The notes under the pieces are model-generated. The model did no database searches and was not told where the DNA came from. It worked only from the letters and a program-made list of their open reading frames with translations. Below, one piece after another: positions 47,127 through 57,083 of a DNA stretch of 64,000 nt. Position 1 is the first letter of the stretch. Every line of letters begins with the position of its first letter. Position numbers and translations under genes: made by a program. Source of the stretch: a virus; the IMG/VR virus record IMGVR_UViG_3300045135_001635. The stretch is one strand, 5' to 3'.

Positions 47127-47781
47127 TTATTTCCTCAACCACTATAGTTACATTGTCAGGAGCTTTAAACTTCAAGCCATCGTGACTATGATATATGAAA
47201 AACTTCACTTGGTCAAATTCTCGAAAGAACTTTCCGAAAATAGGTCGCCAGTTACTTGACATTCTATGAGTATTGAGTGGACCACGATCGCTTTCTAAAA
47301 AGTTATCAGTGTGACTTTTTAGGTTCATATCAAACATAGAATCGAATCCATACATATGAACTTCAGTAGCCTTCATCGTGCGGCAAGCGTAGTCTACCGC
47401 CATATGACCGCAAGAGTAGTTAGTAGCTGCTTGCGCTATAGTATGTCCAGGGAGCTGCGCGTAGGCTGGTATATGAGTGTGAAAACCTTTAATGTTTTGA
47501 GCGTACTTCATATAAAACTGTGGCTGCATCTCCATCCATTTACGTGGACGAGTACCAAGCACCCAATCATATTTGTCAAGGTTACTCTTGCCCTCAAATA
47601 ATGCTTTCATCATCTTGAAGTCTACCATACAAGTGGCATTAACTTCATCAGAATCAAAATCAATTGGTGGCATATTACAAACAATCAATTTTCCTTCAGT
47701 ACCACGTTTGAATAATTTCCAGTGGTCACCATTACCTAATACATTAACTCTCATAATTCTACTCTGGGTGATATGTTCCAT
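47110..47781 (-). CDS. DUF115/sialyltransferase-like glycosyltransferase
   Basis: VLGNG..VCN..MVD..SCGHMAV.YA..EVHMYGFDS pattern. Confidence 0.6.
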   Translation of the reverse strand: MEHITQSRIMRVNVLGNGDHWKLFKRGTEGKLIVCNMPPIDFDSDEVNATCMVDFKMMKALFEGKSNLDKYDWVLGTRPRKWMEMQPQFYMKYAQNIKGFHTHIPAYAQLPGHTIAQAATNYSCGHMAVDYACRTMKATEVHMYGFDSMFDMNLKSHTDNFLESDRGPLNTHRMSSNWRPIFGKFFREFDQVKFFIYHSHDGLKFKAPDNVTIVVEEINEESN

Positions 47782-48109
47782 ATACGCAGTGAGCTAATTC
47801 ATGCCCCCACGTTTCTAAGTTATTATTATCGTTTACGCCTTTCGGCTTCACAACATATATATCACAACCGTAAAGTACACTAGCATCAGGGGAGATAAAC
47901 CAATCAGCTTTCCCTTCAATTCTTCGTTCTTCATCTTGATTGTCGCGAAGATATTCACGCATCTCATTCCTAGTTTCGAAAACGTGTACAGTAATAGGAA
48001 ATTCTACTCCAGAAAAGTCTTGAGTCCCCTTTATAGTGTCTTCACTTTCTTTTTTAACACAGCCGACGACTAACATCATAAATGCTGCGATTACGATTAA
48101 CTCTCTCAT
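47759..48109 (-). CDS. Lipoprotein with HExxH motif
   Basis: Lipobox-like LVVGC; GHELAHC. Confidence 0.65.
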   Translation of the reverse strand: MRELIVIAAFMMLVVGCVKKESEDTIKGTQDFSGVEFPITVHVFETRNEMREYLRDNQDEERRIEGKADWFISPDASVLYGCDIYVVKPKGVNDNNNLETWGHELAHCVYGTYHPE

Positions 48110-48471
48110 TTCATATACCTTTTAGCGTGACCTGCGTTTATCATTTGTTCGTTAATACTAATATCGAATTGGTTGTTGTAGAACTCACCTAATATTCTTC
48201 CGTATTTCCCTTTCTTGTCGAGCTTTGTGCGGAGGATACATGTTTCTCCCAACGCGCCCTCAAGGAATTTGGTGGCGTCTTTACCCAACTTCTTCTCAAC
48301 AATATCGCGTGTACGAGACTCAGGAGCATCAATACCGTATAAACGGACACGCTGATTGCTGTAAACAATACCGAAGCCAAGATCAATATCAACGTCAACA
48401 GTATCGCCATCGACCACTCGTACAACCTTACAATGATACTCATACATCTTAGTTTCCGAAGTACTTCGCAA
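48106..48471 (-). CDS. Thermonuclease (SNase) family nuclease
   Basis: RVVDGDTVDV.IDLGF, VRLYGIDAPE, GKYGRILG. Confidence 0.9.
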   Translation of the reverse strand: MRSTSETKMYEYHCKVVRVVDGDTVDVDIDLGFGIVYSNQRVRLYGIDAPESRTRDIVEKKLGKDATKFLEGALGETCILRTKLDKKGKYGRILGEFYNNQFDISINEQMINAGHAKRYMK

Positions 48472-48652
48472 TGATTTCTAATTGATCTTCGTATTCTGAA
48501 ATCGCTTTCAGTTCAACTTCAATCGCTTCAATAATATCAGAATGCTCGCCGATACCAACTGGATTTGCCAAGTAAACTTCAACATTCATTTTGTGTTTAT
48601 TAATATGACCGATAGCGTGTGAGCGTAAGGTCTCTAATATTTGTTCTCTCAT
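48449..48652 (-). CDS. Conserved hypothetical protein
   Basis: NVEVYLANPVGIGEHSDI motif. Confidence 0.7.
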   Translation of the reverse strand: MREQILETLRSHAIGHINKHKMNVEVYLANPVGIGEHSDIIEAIEVELKAISEYEDQLEIIAKYFGN

Positions 48653-49110
48653 TTTGTTCTTGCCTTTTCAATAGCACGTGAACCAAACCAAAAAGATATA
48701 ACCGCAGCGAAGATTGCTTGAGTGTCTTCATCCCAAATAACCTGTAATGCTTCACTTAAATCCATTCCGTTTTTCAACGCTTCGTTTAATATTGTCACCT
48801 CAATCGCAGCGAATAGAAAAAAGAAACAGTATGTTATAACTGGTCGTACAGACTTCTGTAACCCAGAAATAAATCCTCTGCCTTTTGCTATCTCGGTATC
48901 GTGCGTGAGTAACGCTTTTTGTTCTTCGTGTAATCCCATCTCTCGGAATCGTTTTATCTCATGGTCATATCCAGCTTTCTGTAACTCAGCCATCTTTTCC
49001 ATTTTACTTAATTCAAACTCGTGTTGACGTTTGCTTTTAAAATGGTCAGTAATAGCTGGAACAACAGAACTTCCGAATCCTAACAATGAGCCTATTAACC
49101 CGCTTATCAT
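48649..49110 (-). CDS. Holin-like membrane protein (3TM/GTA-holin type)
   Basis: SVRPVITY + TM segment ... ISFWFGSR. Confidence 0.65.
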   Translation of the reverse strand: MISGLIGSLLGFGSSVVPAITDHFKSKRQHEFELSKMEKMAELQKAGYDHEIKRFREMGLHEEQKALLTHDTEIAKGRGFISGLQKSVRPVITYCFFFLFAAIEVTILNEALKNGMDLSEALQVIWDEDTQAIFAAVISFWFGSRAIEKARTK

Positions 49111-49111
49111 T

Positions 49112-49795
49112 TTATTCTCCCCAGTAATTCTTTACCCACGGCTGAGGAAGGTATTCCCTCATCGGAGTAGTTACTTTTTCTGACATTGATTGAATAATGC
49201 TTGGTCTGCCGTGAAAGCATATGATAGAAGCAGAATCAATATTATCAGGATACACTTGGTACTTATATGATTTTAATTGTTTTGGAAACAAATCTTGTAA
49301 TAAATCTCGATGTTTTATTATACTATCTAAGTATTCGCCATCACCTCGGAACTTAGAAACGATTTCATCTTTCTGTAGCATAAACTCAAGATAAATCCAA
49401 TTCATATATTCAGACCGCCAAGCAAGTACACCACTTTGTAGTTTACCTTTCAAGTGAGGTTGATGAGCGTTAATCGCGCCAAGGTCTTCAATACCTAAGA
49501 ATGAACCGTCATACTGTAACAACCAATCAATATTACCAGTGATAAGCGTATCAAGGTCAAAGTATACAACGCGCCCTTTCATATCACCCTTGAACATCTG
49601 TAACTTATTCCACCAACCTGTTAATCCAGGAGCCAACAACTTACAGTCAATCCCTTCTAACATTCTATCACTATAGCATACGAAATCAAAAGGAACCGTC
49701 GAGTTTTTCTCTACAGCCTTCTTTAAGTTATACACATAATCAGAGGTAAATTTATTTCCCCAAAATACACAACAAACTGTAACTTTATTAGACAT
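49112..49795 (-). CDS. GT-A glycosyltransferase
   Basis: WGNKF..DYV, GWWNKLQMF, YFDLDT (DxD), FHGRP. Confidence 0.8.
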   Translation of the reverse strand: MSNKVTVCCVFWGNKFTSDYVYNLKKAVEKNSTVPFDFVCYSDRMLEGIDCKLLAPGLTGWWNKLQMFKGDMKGRVVYFDLDTLITGNIDWLLQYDGSFLGIEDLGAINAHQPHLKGKLQSGVLAWRSEYMNWIYLEFMLQKDEIVSKFRGDGEYLDSIIKHRDLLQDLFPKQLKSYKYQVYPDNIDSASIICFHGRPSIIQSMSEKVTTPMREYLPQPWVKNYWGE

Positions 49796-50432
49796 CGACT
49801 ATCTCAAATCCTTTATCATAATTATGTTTCGACAAACAACCAGTTTCTTCTTGTATCGTAGTAAAGCTGTCATCTGCTATCGCGACCCAAGGGTAATACT
49901 CTTGTAAGAAGTTAAATCTACGCTTATCAAGATATACATCAGTTGTCATTGCTTCGCCTTTCGCTTTCTCACATAGTATATTCGCGCCAATCGGAGTTAC
50001 GATATAAGCGTGAGCGCCAGGAAAGTATGGCTTGCTACAGAGTTCACCCCAGCCAAGTGTCGTCGGCGGATTAACCTTACCGTAACTTGGGTGACCGATA
50101 TTACCAACAAAAATAGGTGGTGGTGGTGGCGAGTTTTGTAAGACAGCGTCGTGCTCAAATATCGCATAAGGTTGATTATGCTCAACACAAGACTTCCATA
50201 ATGTATAGTGTGATAAGAACGCAGCAATACTGTTAGGTGTCTTTGAGTACTTACCTACAAACCGTGTAGGGTCTATACCAATTCGTTCACAAATAGCAAA
50301 TATGTCTTGATGAGGAGTAATAGCCAAGAACTTTTGAATATCCCAACCATAACGCTTACCACTTTCGATACAACGGTCTGCTGCTTGTTGAGATTTTTCG
50401 TGTCCGTCTATAGCAATAACAAATGATTTCAT
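49788..50432 (-). CDS. Glycosyltransferase family 25-like
   Basis: FLSHYTLWK, IFEHDA, GAHAYIVTP.GA. Confidence 0.85.
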   Translation of the reverse strand: MKSFVIAIDGHEKSQQAADRCIESGKRYGWDIQKFLAITPHQDIFAICERIGIDPTRFVGKYSKTPNSIAAFLSHYTLWKSCVEHNQPYAIFEHDAVLQNSPPPPPIFVGNIGHPSYGKVNPPTTLGWGELCSKPYFPGAHAYIVTPIGANILCEKAKGEAMTTDVYLDKRRFNFLQEYYPWVAIADDSFTTIQEETGCLSKHNYDKGFEIVDV

Positions 50433-50433
50433 T

Positions 50434-50700
50434 TTACTCTACAATTAATTTAACGTGCTCATAATCTACGATAGCGCATTTGATACCATCAAGTTCAACT
50501 GGCAACGCTTTCGACCAATCAAGGTACACTGTTGCGCCAGCAACCAATTCATTTTTCAACACAACGTCCATACCCATACCAATTACTTTGGCTGGCTTAT
50601 TACCTGTCGTTACATCAGAGGATAAGATTAATCCGCTCGCCGTTTTATTTTCAGTTTGTTTGTCTTCAGTCACGAGTACATTATTATGTAATACTTTCAT
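50434..50700 (-). CDS. groES: GroES-like co-chaperonin
   Basis: MKVLHNNVLV...KTASGLIL...AKVIGMG. Confidence 0.8.
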   Translation of the reverse strand: MKVLHNNVLVTEDKQTENKTASGLILSSDVTTGNKPAKVIGMGMDVVLKNELVAGATVYLDWSKALPVELDGIKCAIVDYEHVKLIVE

Positions 50701-50750
50701 GATATTCCTTTTAATTAATTTGTATCATTATATATTTAAATCGTAAACGC

Positions 50751-50775
50751 AAAAAAGGAGACCGAAGTCTCCTCT
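50751..50775 (-). terminator. Intrinsic terminator (UUCG loop)
   Basis: AGGAGAC-TTCG-GTCTCCT followed by a T run. Confidence 0.9.
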
Positions 50776-50796
50776 TTATTATAACATAGTGTTAGA

Positions 50797-51474
50797 TTAT
50801 AGACCTAATTCTACAGCCTTTTGGTCGATATACTTAGCTTGTTCAACAGTTAGTACATCAGCCCAAGCACCTACTTTCTCGATATAAGGACTCTCAGCGT
50901 CTAAACGTAAACCACGAACTTCAGAAGCAGTTACAACTTGTTCAACAACTTCCATAGAGATTTTTAACTCAGGAATCGCACGTAATTTATCCAATACAGA
51001 AACAAGAACCGCGTGAGGGTTTTGTACTAAATCTTCTAATGATACTTTTGTGTAAGAACCACCTAAACTATCTAAACGTTCTTTACATAACTCAGCACTA
51101 CGAATAAGTAAATCTATTTTTGGTATCGTAATTTCTTCACCTTCTTGACGGATTTTAGAAACCTGAATCGCTATATCATCTTTAAGATCACGCTTAACAT
51201 AAATTACCTTATCAGAAAAACCCTTAAAATGTGGTTCAACTGTTTTCCAACGTTGTAGTGGAAAATCTTCTTCATGAGCATAACCTGTAGATAATGTAGA
51301 AGGTATTAATGAGTGAAACCCCAATTCCTTTGATGTAGCAGCAATAGTAAGACTTTGCCCTCCTACGCCATAAGCCTTTGAGATATATTGACCTACTAAA
51401 GAAGAAAGTAGTTCGTGACCAGATTCAGCTGAACCTACGACCAAACGATCTTCTAATTGAATAATTCTTGACAT
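50797..51474 (-). CDS. Degenerate sulfotransferase-fold protein, late monocistron
   Basis: KVIYVKRDLKD, SLEDLVQNP and KVGAWADVLTVEQ follow sulfotransferase motif order; the PAPS loop is altered (GSAESGH). Confidence 0.5.
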   Translation of the reverse strand: MSRIIQLEDRLVVGSAESGHELLSSLVGQYISKAYGVGGQSLTIAATSKELGFHSLIPSTLSTGYAHEEDFPLQRWKTVEPHFKGFSDKVIYVKRDLKDDIAIQVSKIRQEGEEITIPKIDLLIRSAELCKERLDSLGGSYTKVSLEDLVQNPHAVLVSVLDKLRAIPELKISMEVVEQVVTASEVRGLRLDAESPYIEKVGAWADVLTVEQAKYIDQKAVELGL

Positions 51475-51536
51475 TTAAATGTTCCTTTGTTTTAAAAACC
51501 TTGCCTGCGCAGACAAATTAAAGTTTAAGTTGAGAC

Positions 51537-51544
51537 TATTTATA
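51537..51544 (-). promoter_or_regulatory. T4-type late promoter TATAAATA
   Basis: Exact consensus upstream of the 51474 start. Confidence 0.75.
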
Positions 51545-51546
51545 CA

Positions 51547-52536
51547 TTAATCTCGGAACTCGTCTAAGCTAAACTCGGTTCCGTGCATCTTATGTAGATC
51601 GCGGTCGTGGTTACTATAGACTAATGTTTCAGGATCGTCGATTAAGAAGTCGCAAGTCTTACAGTAATCAGGATAATTACCTGTACGATGACCTTCACGT
51701 AGTGCTTCATATTCTTCACCAAAGAAGATATCAATAACACTATCCTCAGAAGCGTGACCTAATACAGCTTTCTCATCTTGACCTAATACCTGACAGCAAG
51801 GGTGTACAGCACCTGTCTTACCTTTTTCCAAACCACCTGCGCGTATTACTAAGTCAGGTGAGAACGGACGACCACAAGTCTTAACGTTACCTGTACGAGC
51901 ATTATCGCCAATCTCATAAACGCCAGACCAGTTATGCATCTTCCAGATTTCAGTCTTAACTTTAAGTTCTTCAACTATCGCCTTGTAGCGTTCGAGTTCT
52001 TCCTCGATCTTCTCGTTGTCCGTGATAAGGTGATACGTCGCAACCGTGCAGTCTGCTCCGCTTTCCTCAACGTATGCCACCATCTCCTTGATGTTCTGTT
52101 TAATTTTTTCATAAGCACCGCCAATGGAATTATGCATCCACTTGGTATAGTCCTCACCAGTTGAACCAATAAAGGAGAAACGGTAGAAGTCTAATCCAGC
52201 GTCAACACAATCACGCATAAATTGCCCTTCCATCTTAAACCCATTAGAGAATAAGTATGCTTGAGCGCCATATTTCTTAACTACCTTGATATACTCAGGT
52301 AGATTCTTTGCCATCGTAGCTTCGCCCGAACCATCTAAGTTTACAACACGTAAACCGTGCTTCGCACAATCAGCCACATACCCTTCAAACTCGTCGAGTT
52401 TCATAATACGACGAAAACGTTTATCACGTCCGCCTTCGCGAATATCTTGAGGACACATCGAGCAAGAGTAGTTACAGCCACCAGCAACTTCTATTACTGC
52501 TCGGTCGATGTGAAAAGTGTCTCTATTCATTTCCAT
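51547..52536 (-). CDS. Radical SAM protein with SPASM/twitch domain
   Basis: CNYSCSMC, GSGEA, CGRPF...VHPCC...CKTC. Confidence 0.9.
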   Translation of the reverse strand: MEMNRDTFHIDRAVIEVAGGCNYSCSMCPQDIREGGRDKRFRRIMKLDEFEGYVADCAKHGLRVVNLDGSGEATMAKNLPEYIKVVKKYGAQAYLFSNGFKMEGQFMRDCVDAGLDFYRFSFIGSTGEDYTKWMHNSIGGAYEKIKQNIKEMVAYVEESGADCTVATYHLITDNEKIEEELERYKAIVEELKVKTEIWKMHNWSGVYEIGDNARTGNVKTCGRPFSPDLVIRAGGLEKGKTGAVHPCCQVLGQDEKAVLGHASEDSVIDIFFGEEYEALREGHRTGNYPDYCKTCDFLIDDPETLVYSNHDRDLHKMHGTEFSLDEFRD

Positions 52537-53398
52537 AACGTTCTCTCATTTCTTCTTCATATTTAACAGCTTTGAACTTACTATGTCCTAATAACTCAGG
52601 GAACATATCCATCCATTCCCATATATTATTTTTATCTTTCTCGTCAGGACTACAGCGTATCGCGTTCGGAGTATGGTATTTAGTAATTCCTTCACTACTA
52701 ATCACAGCAGTCGGACGAGCAAAGTTCTTCGCAACATAATGCCACATACCATCATAACAGACACAAAGACGTGACGTTGATATTAAATACATTGCTTCAC
52801 GTATTGGTGTACGATAAGTTATTTCGTGACACTCAAAACCATTTTGACGTAACTCGGTAATCAACATACCCCAATCACGATCACTGAATAATCGTTTCCA
52901 AGTTCTTGGCTTCTCGGCATTAAAAATTGGCGTCCAGAATACAATACGCTTGTCATTGATAGGTTGAAACGCACTATCACGAAAGATAAAGTTATTATCA
53001 GGAACTTCACCACCGCGTTCATCAGTAAATTTACCAGACTCAAACCAAAAACGCTTCTTGTCGTGAGCGCCTTGTTTCGCAGCAATTCGTTTAGAACCAT
53101 CAGCTTCCATAACACAATCGTCTTCAAACTTCCAATCACTGTAACGCCCTGTTGAATTGAAAACATGTACTACATTAACGCGTTCTTTATCCGTATAGAA
53201 GTTATGAATATAATCCATACGTTCGATAATCGTTTCTGGATCTTCAAAGTGATGATAGTAATCCTCGCTGTGTTCCCAGTGCATCTCAAGTTCTACATTA
53301 ATATCGTTTTTCGCAGCATGAGCATGACAGGAGTTAAGCGCCCACATAAAGTCACCAACTCCTGGAGTACCTCGCCAACTGACCTTTTCGATAGTCAT
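52523..53398 (-). CDS. GT-B glycosyltransferase (GT9-like)
   Basis: N-terminal GVGD and C-terminal YDGMWHYVA....P motifs. Confidence 0.55.
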   Translation of the reverse strand: MTIEKVSWRGTPGVGDFMWALNSCHAHAAKNDINVELEMHWEHSEDYYHHFEDPETIIERMDYIHNFYTDKERVNVVHVFNSTGRYSDWKFEDDCVMEADGSKRIAAKQGAHDKKRFWFESGKFTDERGGEVPDNNFIFRDSAFQPINDKRIVFWTPIFNAEKPRTWKRLFSDRDWGMLITELRQNGFECHEITYRTPIREAMYLISTSRLCVCYDGMWHYVAKNFARPTAVISSEGITKYHTPNAIRCSPDEKDKNNIWEWMDMFPELLGHSKFKAVKYEEEMRERYGNE

Positions 53399-53728
53399 TT
53401 ATTTTCCTGTTGTTAGTTTCTTTAGATTACGCGCAGAACCTGTTGAAGTGTATAGACCAAACCAAGCAGCACCAGCACCAACTACAACCGATATTAAACC
53501 AGCCTGAGAAGCCGATGGGTCAGGTAACTCAGTAAACCACTGTATTGTTATAATAAGGATATACATGTATACTGAGATAAAGATTCTTGGGAAGATACGA
53601 TAAGCATCCATAACTTCAGCGAAATCTAAGAGAGCCTGAAAGCGACTCTCCTTATCTTCTTTATTCGTAGTATCAAACTCTACTTCAAGTTCAATCTTTT
53701 TCTTTACTGCTTGTACTTCTTCAGTCAT
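53399..53728 (-). CDS. Two-TM membrane protein (holin-like)
   Basis: YRIFPRIF + TM, WF..LPDP, second TM; start probably MTEEV (TAATG coupling). Confidence 0.6.
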   Translation of the reverse strand: MTEEVQAVKKKIELEVEFDTTNKEDKESRFQALLDFAEVMDAYRIFPRIFISVYMYILIITIQWFTELPDPSASQAGLISVVVGAGAAWFGLYTSTGSARNLKKLTTGK

Positions 53729-55248
53729 TAGAATACCTTCACACCATATTTTTGTTCCCACAACTCAGCGTCGTGTTCATCGTTAACCATAGGACGTCCA
53801 CGAATATTTAGTGACGTATTAAGTAGCATTGGAATACCAGTACGCGCATAATATTCTTCGATAATCTTACGGAATACCGATTCACAGTCTTTTGGTACTA
53901 ACTGAACTCGGGCAGTACCGTCTACGTGAGTGACTGAAGTGTATGGGTGTAACGCCTTTGACGTAAACTGCATATGCTCATTCATCGGTCCTTCAAAGTA
54001 TTCGTGAGCGTGTTCCTCTAAGATAGCAGGAGCAAACGGACGATACTTTTGACGGCGCTTGATAGTATTAACAGTATCTTTTACATCATAGCGTACATCA
54101 GCGATTAAGGAACGATTGCCTAATGCTCTCGGACCAAACTCGGCACGACCATTAGCGATACCACATACCTTATGTTCGAGTAAGTGATCAACGACAGCTT
54201 TGACGTCAACTTCACGATCAATATTATAACCGCAATATGGCGACCAATCAAGTTTGTCTTTACCAGTAGCCTTCGCCCAAGAACGAGCAGCAGTACCTAA
54301 ACCAGAACCCGCATCAGTTGGTGAACAAGCAATATGTACTTCATCAAATAATTCAAATAAACGTGAGTTGATTACAACGTTCTGAGCACAACCGCCCGAG
54401 TAACATAACTTCTTACCGTACTTGGCAGCTTCGGTCATAATCTGCATAATAGCATATTCAGCAAAGTCTTGAGTCGCACGAGCAGCAACTTTATCTTCTA
54501 CCGCTAATACTTTAGCGCGTAATTCTTCGCGGAACAACACACGATCTTTCTCGCGCTTAGATACTTCCATATCACCAATCGGAATTCCTTCGGCTAACTC
54601 TGGCGCTTCATCTTCTAAGTTATCCCACCAATCAATTAGCCAATCAGAAATAGCTTTTGATTCAGGAGAGGTATCGTGATACGCAGATAAACCCATTACA
54701 ACATATTCATCTTCAAGTGGACGTAACCCTAAGAACTTAGTTACGGTAGTATATACAAGACCAACAGACTTAGGATATTGCCATTCTTTAATAAGATTGA
54801 ACTCGCTATCCATAATAGTCGCACATTGAATCTCGCCAACGCCGTCTATTGATACTAATACTGTATCTTCTTTATCATCCCAAGGACGAGTATAGAAAGC
54901 AGCTGCGCAATGTGATTCGTGGTGAGCGTGATTTACATCATACGCTACCGAGTGAGGGATTACCATTCGTTGGAAAGTTTCTTCAGCAGTTTCTGGTCTT
55001 TCTTTTAAATGATCCTTTGTACCTGTTACCCCATCACCACCGCGCATATCAAACTTAACCGTGTGGTCTTCATAGAATGATACGTGGTCATTATCGGAAG
55101 TCATATCCCATAAACTTTCAGGAAGAATAGCATCGTTTTTCTTTTTGGAGTAACGTTCTCCGTGAGTAGCGAAATCTAACTTGCCTGATTCGTCGATAAT
55201 AGCGAACCCTGCGTCATGATAATATTCACTAAATCCTACATACTTCAT
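53728..55248 (-). CDS. Carbamoyltransferase (NodU/CmcH family)
   Basis: HHESHCAAAFY, IDGVGE, EYVVMGLSAY, GGCAQNV, EFGPRALGNRSL, RPFAP, HVDGTARVQ, LLNTSLN. Confidence 0.95.
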   Translation of the reverse strand: MKYVGFSEYYHDAGFAIIDESGKLDFATHGERYSKKKNDAILPESLWDMTSDNDHVSFYEDHTVKFDMRGGDGVTGTKDHLKERPETAEETFQRMVIPHSVAYDVNHAHHESHCAAAFYTRPWDDKEDTVLVSIDGVGEIQCATIMDSEFNLIKEWQYPKSVGLVYTTVTKFLGLRPLEDEYVVMGLSAYHDTSPESKAISDWLIDWWDNLEDEAPELAEGIPIGDMEVSKREKDRVLFREELRAKVLAVEDKVAARATQDFAEYAIMQIMTEAAKYGKKLCYSGGCAQNVVINSRLFELFDEVHIACSPTDAGSGLGTAARSWAKATGKDKLDWSPYCGYNIDREVDVKAVVDHLLEHKVCGIANGRAEFGPRALGNRSLIADVRYDVKDTVNTIKRRQKYRPFAPAILEEHAHEYFEGPMNEHMQFTSKALHPYTSVTHVDGTARVQLVPKDCESVFRKIIEEYYARTGIPMLLNTSLNIRGRPMVNDEHDAELWEQKYGVKVF

Positions 55249-55295
55249 TAGTCACCTTGTATAGTTATTTGTTAACGGTGTTATTTATTATTAAA

Positions 55296-55321
55296 ATAAA
55301 AAAAGCCACCCGAAGGTGGCA
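55296..55321 (-). terminator. Intrinsic terminator (UUCG loop)
   Basis: GCCACC-TTCG-GGTGGC followed by a T run. Confidence 0.9.
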
Positions 55322-55339
55322 AACGCGAGAATCCTTTCT

Positions 55340-55921
55340 CTACTTCATTATGAATTCGTAAATTTCTTTCCAGTTTCGAACCTTCGTGACACGTTCGTCT
55401 TCAAATGTTCTATTGTGTTCGTGCTTAACTAATAAGCTTGTCAATCCTAACTCAGCGCCACATACAGCGTTCTCTTGCTTATCTTCGATCCAGTAACACT
55501 CAGTTCCTTGATACGGAGCAAGTTCTTCGTCTTTATCAGCGCCAGTGTCTAAGTATGTATACTTTTCAAAAGCGGTCGGACCAAACAATTCAATTAGGTT
55601 TTTAGTCCGTAAGTGTTGCGAGTAATAGTCATCACTCAACGAGGTAATTGCGTGGAACACATAACCGTGTTCTTCGTGTAGTTTCTTAACATACTTGATA
55701 GCATCACGCAGAGGCGGTAACTTACGGATCGTCGCAGACTCGTTAAACATACGTACAAGCATCTTAGCTAATTTCTTTTCTATGTTATAACGTTTGGCGA
55801 TGTCATACACGTTAGTGTCAACCTCAACAAAACCGTGACGGCTCATCCATTGACCAAATGCGTACACCCAGTCTAATAGGACACCATCACAATCTACTAA
55901 TATTACTTTATCTTTATTCAT
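55340..55921 (-). CDS. HAD-family phosphatase/5'-nucleotidase (T4 30.2-like)
   Basis: ILVDCDGVLLDW, ITSL, WIEDK. Confidence 0.85.
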   Translation of the reverse strand: MNKDKVILVDCDGVLLDWVYAFGQWMSRHGFVEVDTNVYDIAKRYNIEKKLAKMLVRMFNESATIRKLPPLRDAIKYVKKLHEEHGYVFHAITSLSDDYYSQHLRTKNLIELFGPTAFEKYTYLDTGADKDEELAPYQGTECYWIEDKQENAVCGAELGLTSLLVKHEHNRTFEDERVTKVRNWKEIYEFIMK

Positions 55922-56160
55922 TATATATTTTCCTCTAATTTTTTATTGAAGCGTTCAACCATCTCGGTCGCATATTCTTGTAACGCTTCATCTTCTGATC
56001 GCATCGCACGATGTAATAGCATCTCTAAGTTTGCGACAATAGCGCCGTGAGCACGTGCGAACCCATTACCGATATTACCTTCTTTGTTTCTATAATAAAG
56101 TGAATAGCTTTCAACCGCTTCACTCACTTCTTTTAAATCAAATTCACTAATTGCTTTCAT
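55921..56160 (-). CDS. Early hypothetical protein
   Basis: TAATG-coupled ORF. Confidence 0.6.
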   Translation of the reverse strand: MKAISEFDLKEVSEAVESYSLYYRNKEGNIGNGFARAHGAIVANLEMLLHRAMRSEDEALQEYATEMVERFNKKLEENI

Positions 56161-56444
56161 TACACTACCACCATTTCATTAAGGAGTTCATCAAAACCTT
56201 CGTCAAAAGTCTTTAGCAATTGAATACGACCTTCGTACTCAATCATTGTTTCAAAGGGAACAGTCAATGTCTGACCATAACGCAACTTGTTAAACTCTTC
56301 GCTCTCAGTCACTGACTTTAGAACTTTTACGCTATAACTAAAGGCGTTTTTTTCAACAACGATGCCAGTGATGTGATCATCGCGACCAAAGAAGTCATAA
56401 GATTTAATTTCGTCGCCGATGTCAGCTAGATTTTCGTAGTTCAT
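56160..56444 (-). CDS. Early hypothetical protein
   Basis: First gene after an early promoter; IGDEIKSYDF motif. Confidence 0.65.
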   Translation of the reverse strand: MNYENLADIGDEIKSYDFFGRDDHITGIVVEKNAFSYSVKVLKSVTESEEFNKLRYGQTLTVPFETMIEYEGRIQLLKTFDEGFDELLNEMVVV

Positions 56445-56450
56445 AATATA

Positions 56451-56512
56451 TTCTCTCTCAATTCAATATAAGTATTATACTTGTTATTGAAACAAAAGTA
56501 AACACCTTTTTC
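56451..56512 (-). promoter_or_regulatory. T4-type early promoter with conserved leader
   Basis: GTTTAC at 56498-56503, TATAAT at 56474-56479, leader ACTTATATTGAATTGAGAGAG. Confidence 0.85.
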
Positions 56513-56531
56513 AGAAAAAAGTGAAAAAAGT

Positions 56532-57083
56532 TTAAATTATTTTTACGAGGGTCAGACCGTTAGTCTGTTGCTTGCCTTTGAAGTCTGATTGGTAGGTATA
56601 CTCTTTCACTATCTCGATACGCTCAATCGCGCGTAGATGTTGAAGTAGAGTACGAACTGTTTGAAGTTCAGTATTATCAAACAAGATATAAGGTATCTTG
56701 AGTTCTTTACATAAAAGGTAGTCAGTGAGTGCGCTTACGTAGTCGTGCTTGCCGTCTAAGAAGCATAAATCAAAAGAGTGAGTCATTGTAAGCATGAATA
56801 TTTCGGGCGACGGTACGCAGTGTACAGTAACGTTCTCGAAGTTATCCATCATATATGTTCCGTACTTACGACCGTTAGGGTGGTCAGGACAGCACGAAAT
56901 AATCGTAGCATCAGGTGCCAAGTTTGCTAAGTAAGTTGTAGAATGACCAGCATAGAAGCCAATCTCAAGGATAGACTGCGCCTTGGAAATCTCAATAGAC
57001 TCCCTCAGCGCGTTAAATACTTCTTCGGACGGTGGTAGGTATCCCCAACCATTCTCGTCCCACATTAAATGGTCTAAATTCAT
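56532..57083 (-). CDS. Class I SAM methyltransferase (Methyltransf_24-like)
   Basis: ILEIGFYAGHS, FDLCFLDGKHDY, ILFDN. Confidence 0.85.
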   Translation of the reverse strand: MNLDHLMWDENGWGYLPPSEEVFNALRESIEISKAQSILEIGFYAGHSTTYLANLAPDATIISCCPDHPNGRKYGTYMMDNFENVTVHCVPSPEIFMLTMTHSFDLCFLDGKHDYVSALTDYLLCKELKIPYILFDNTELQTVRTLLQHLRAIERIEIVKEYTYQSDFKGKQQTNGLTLVKII

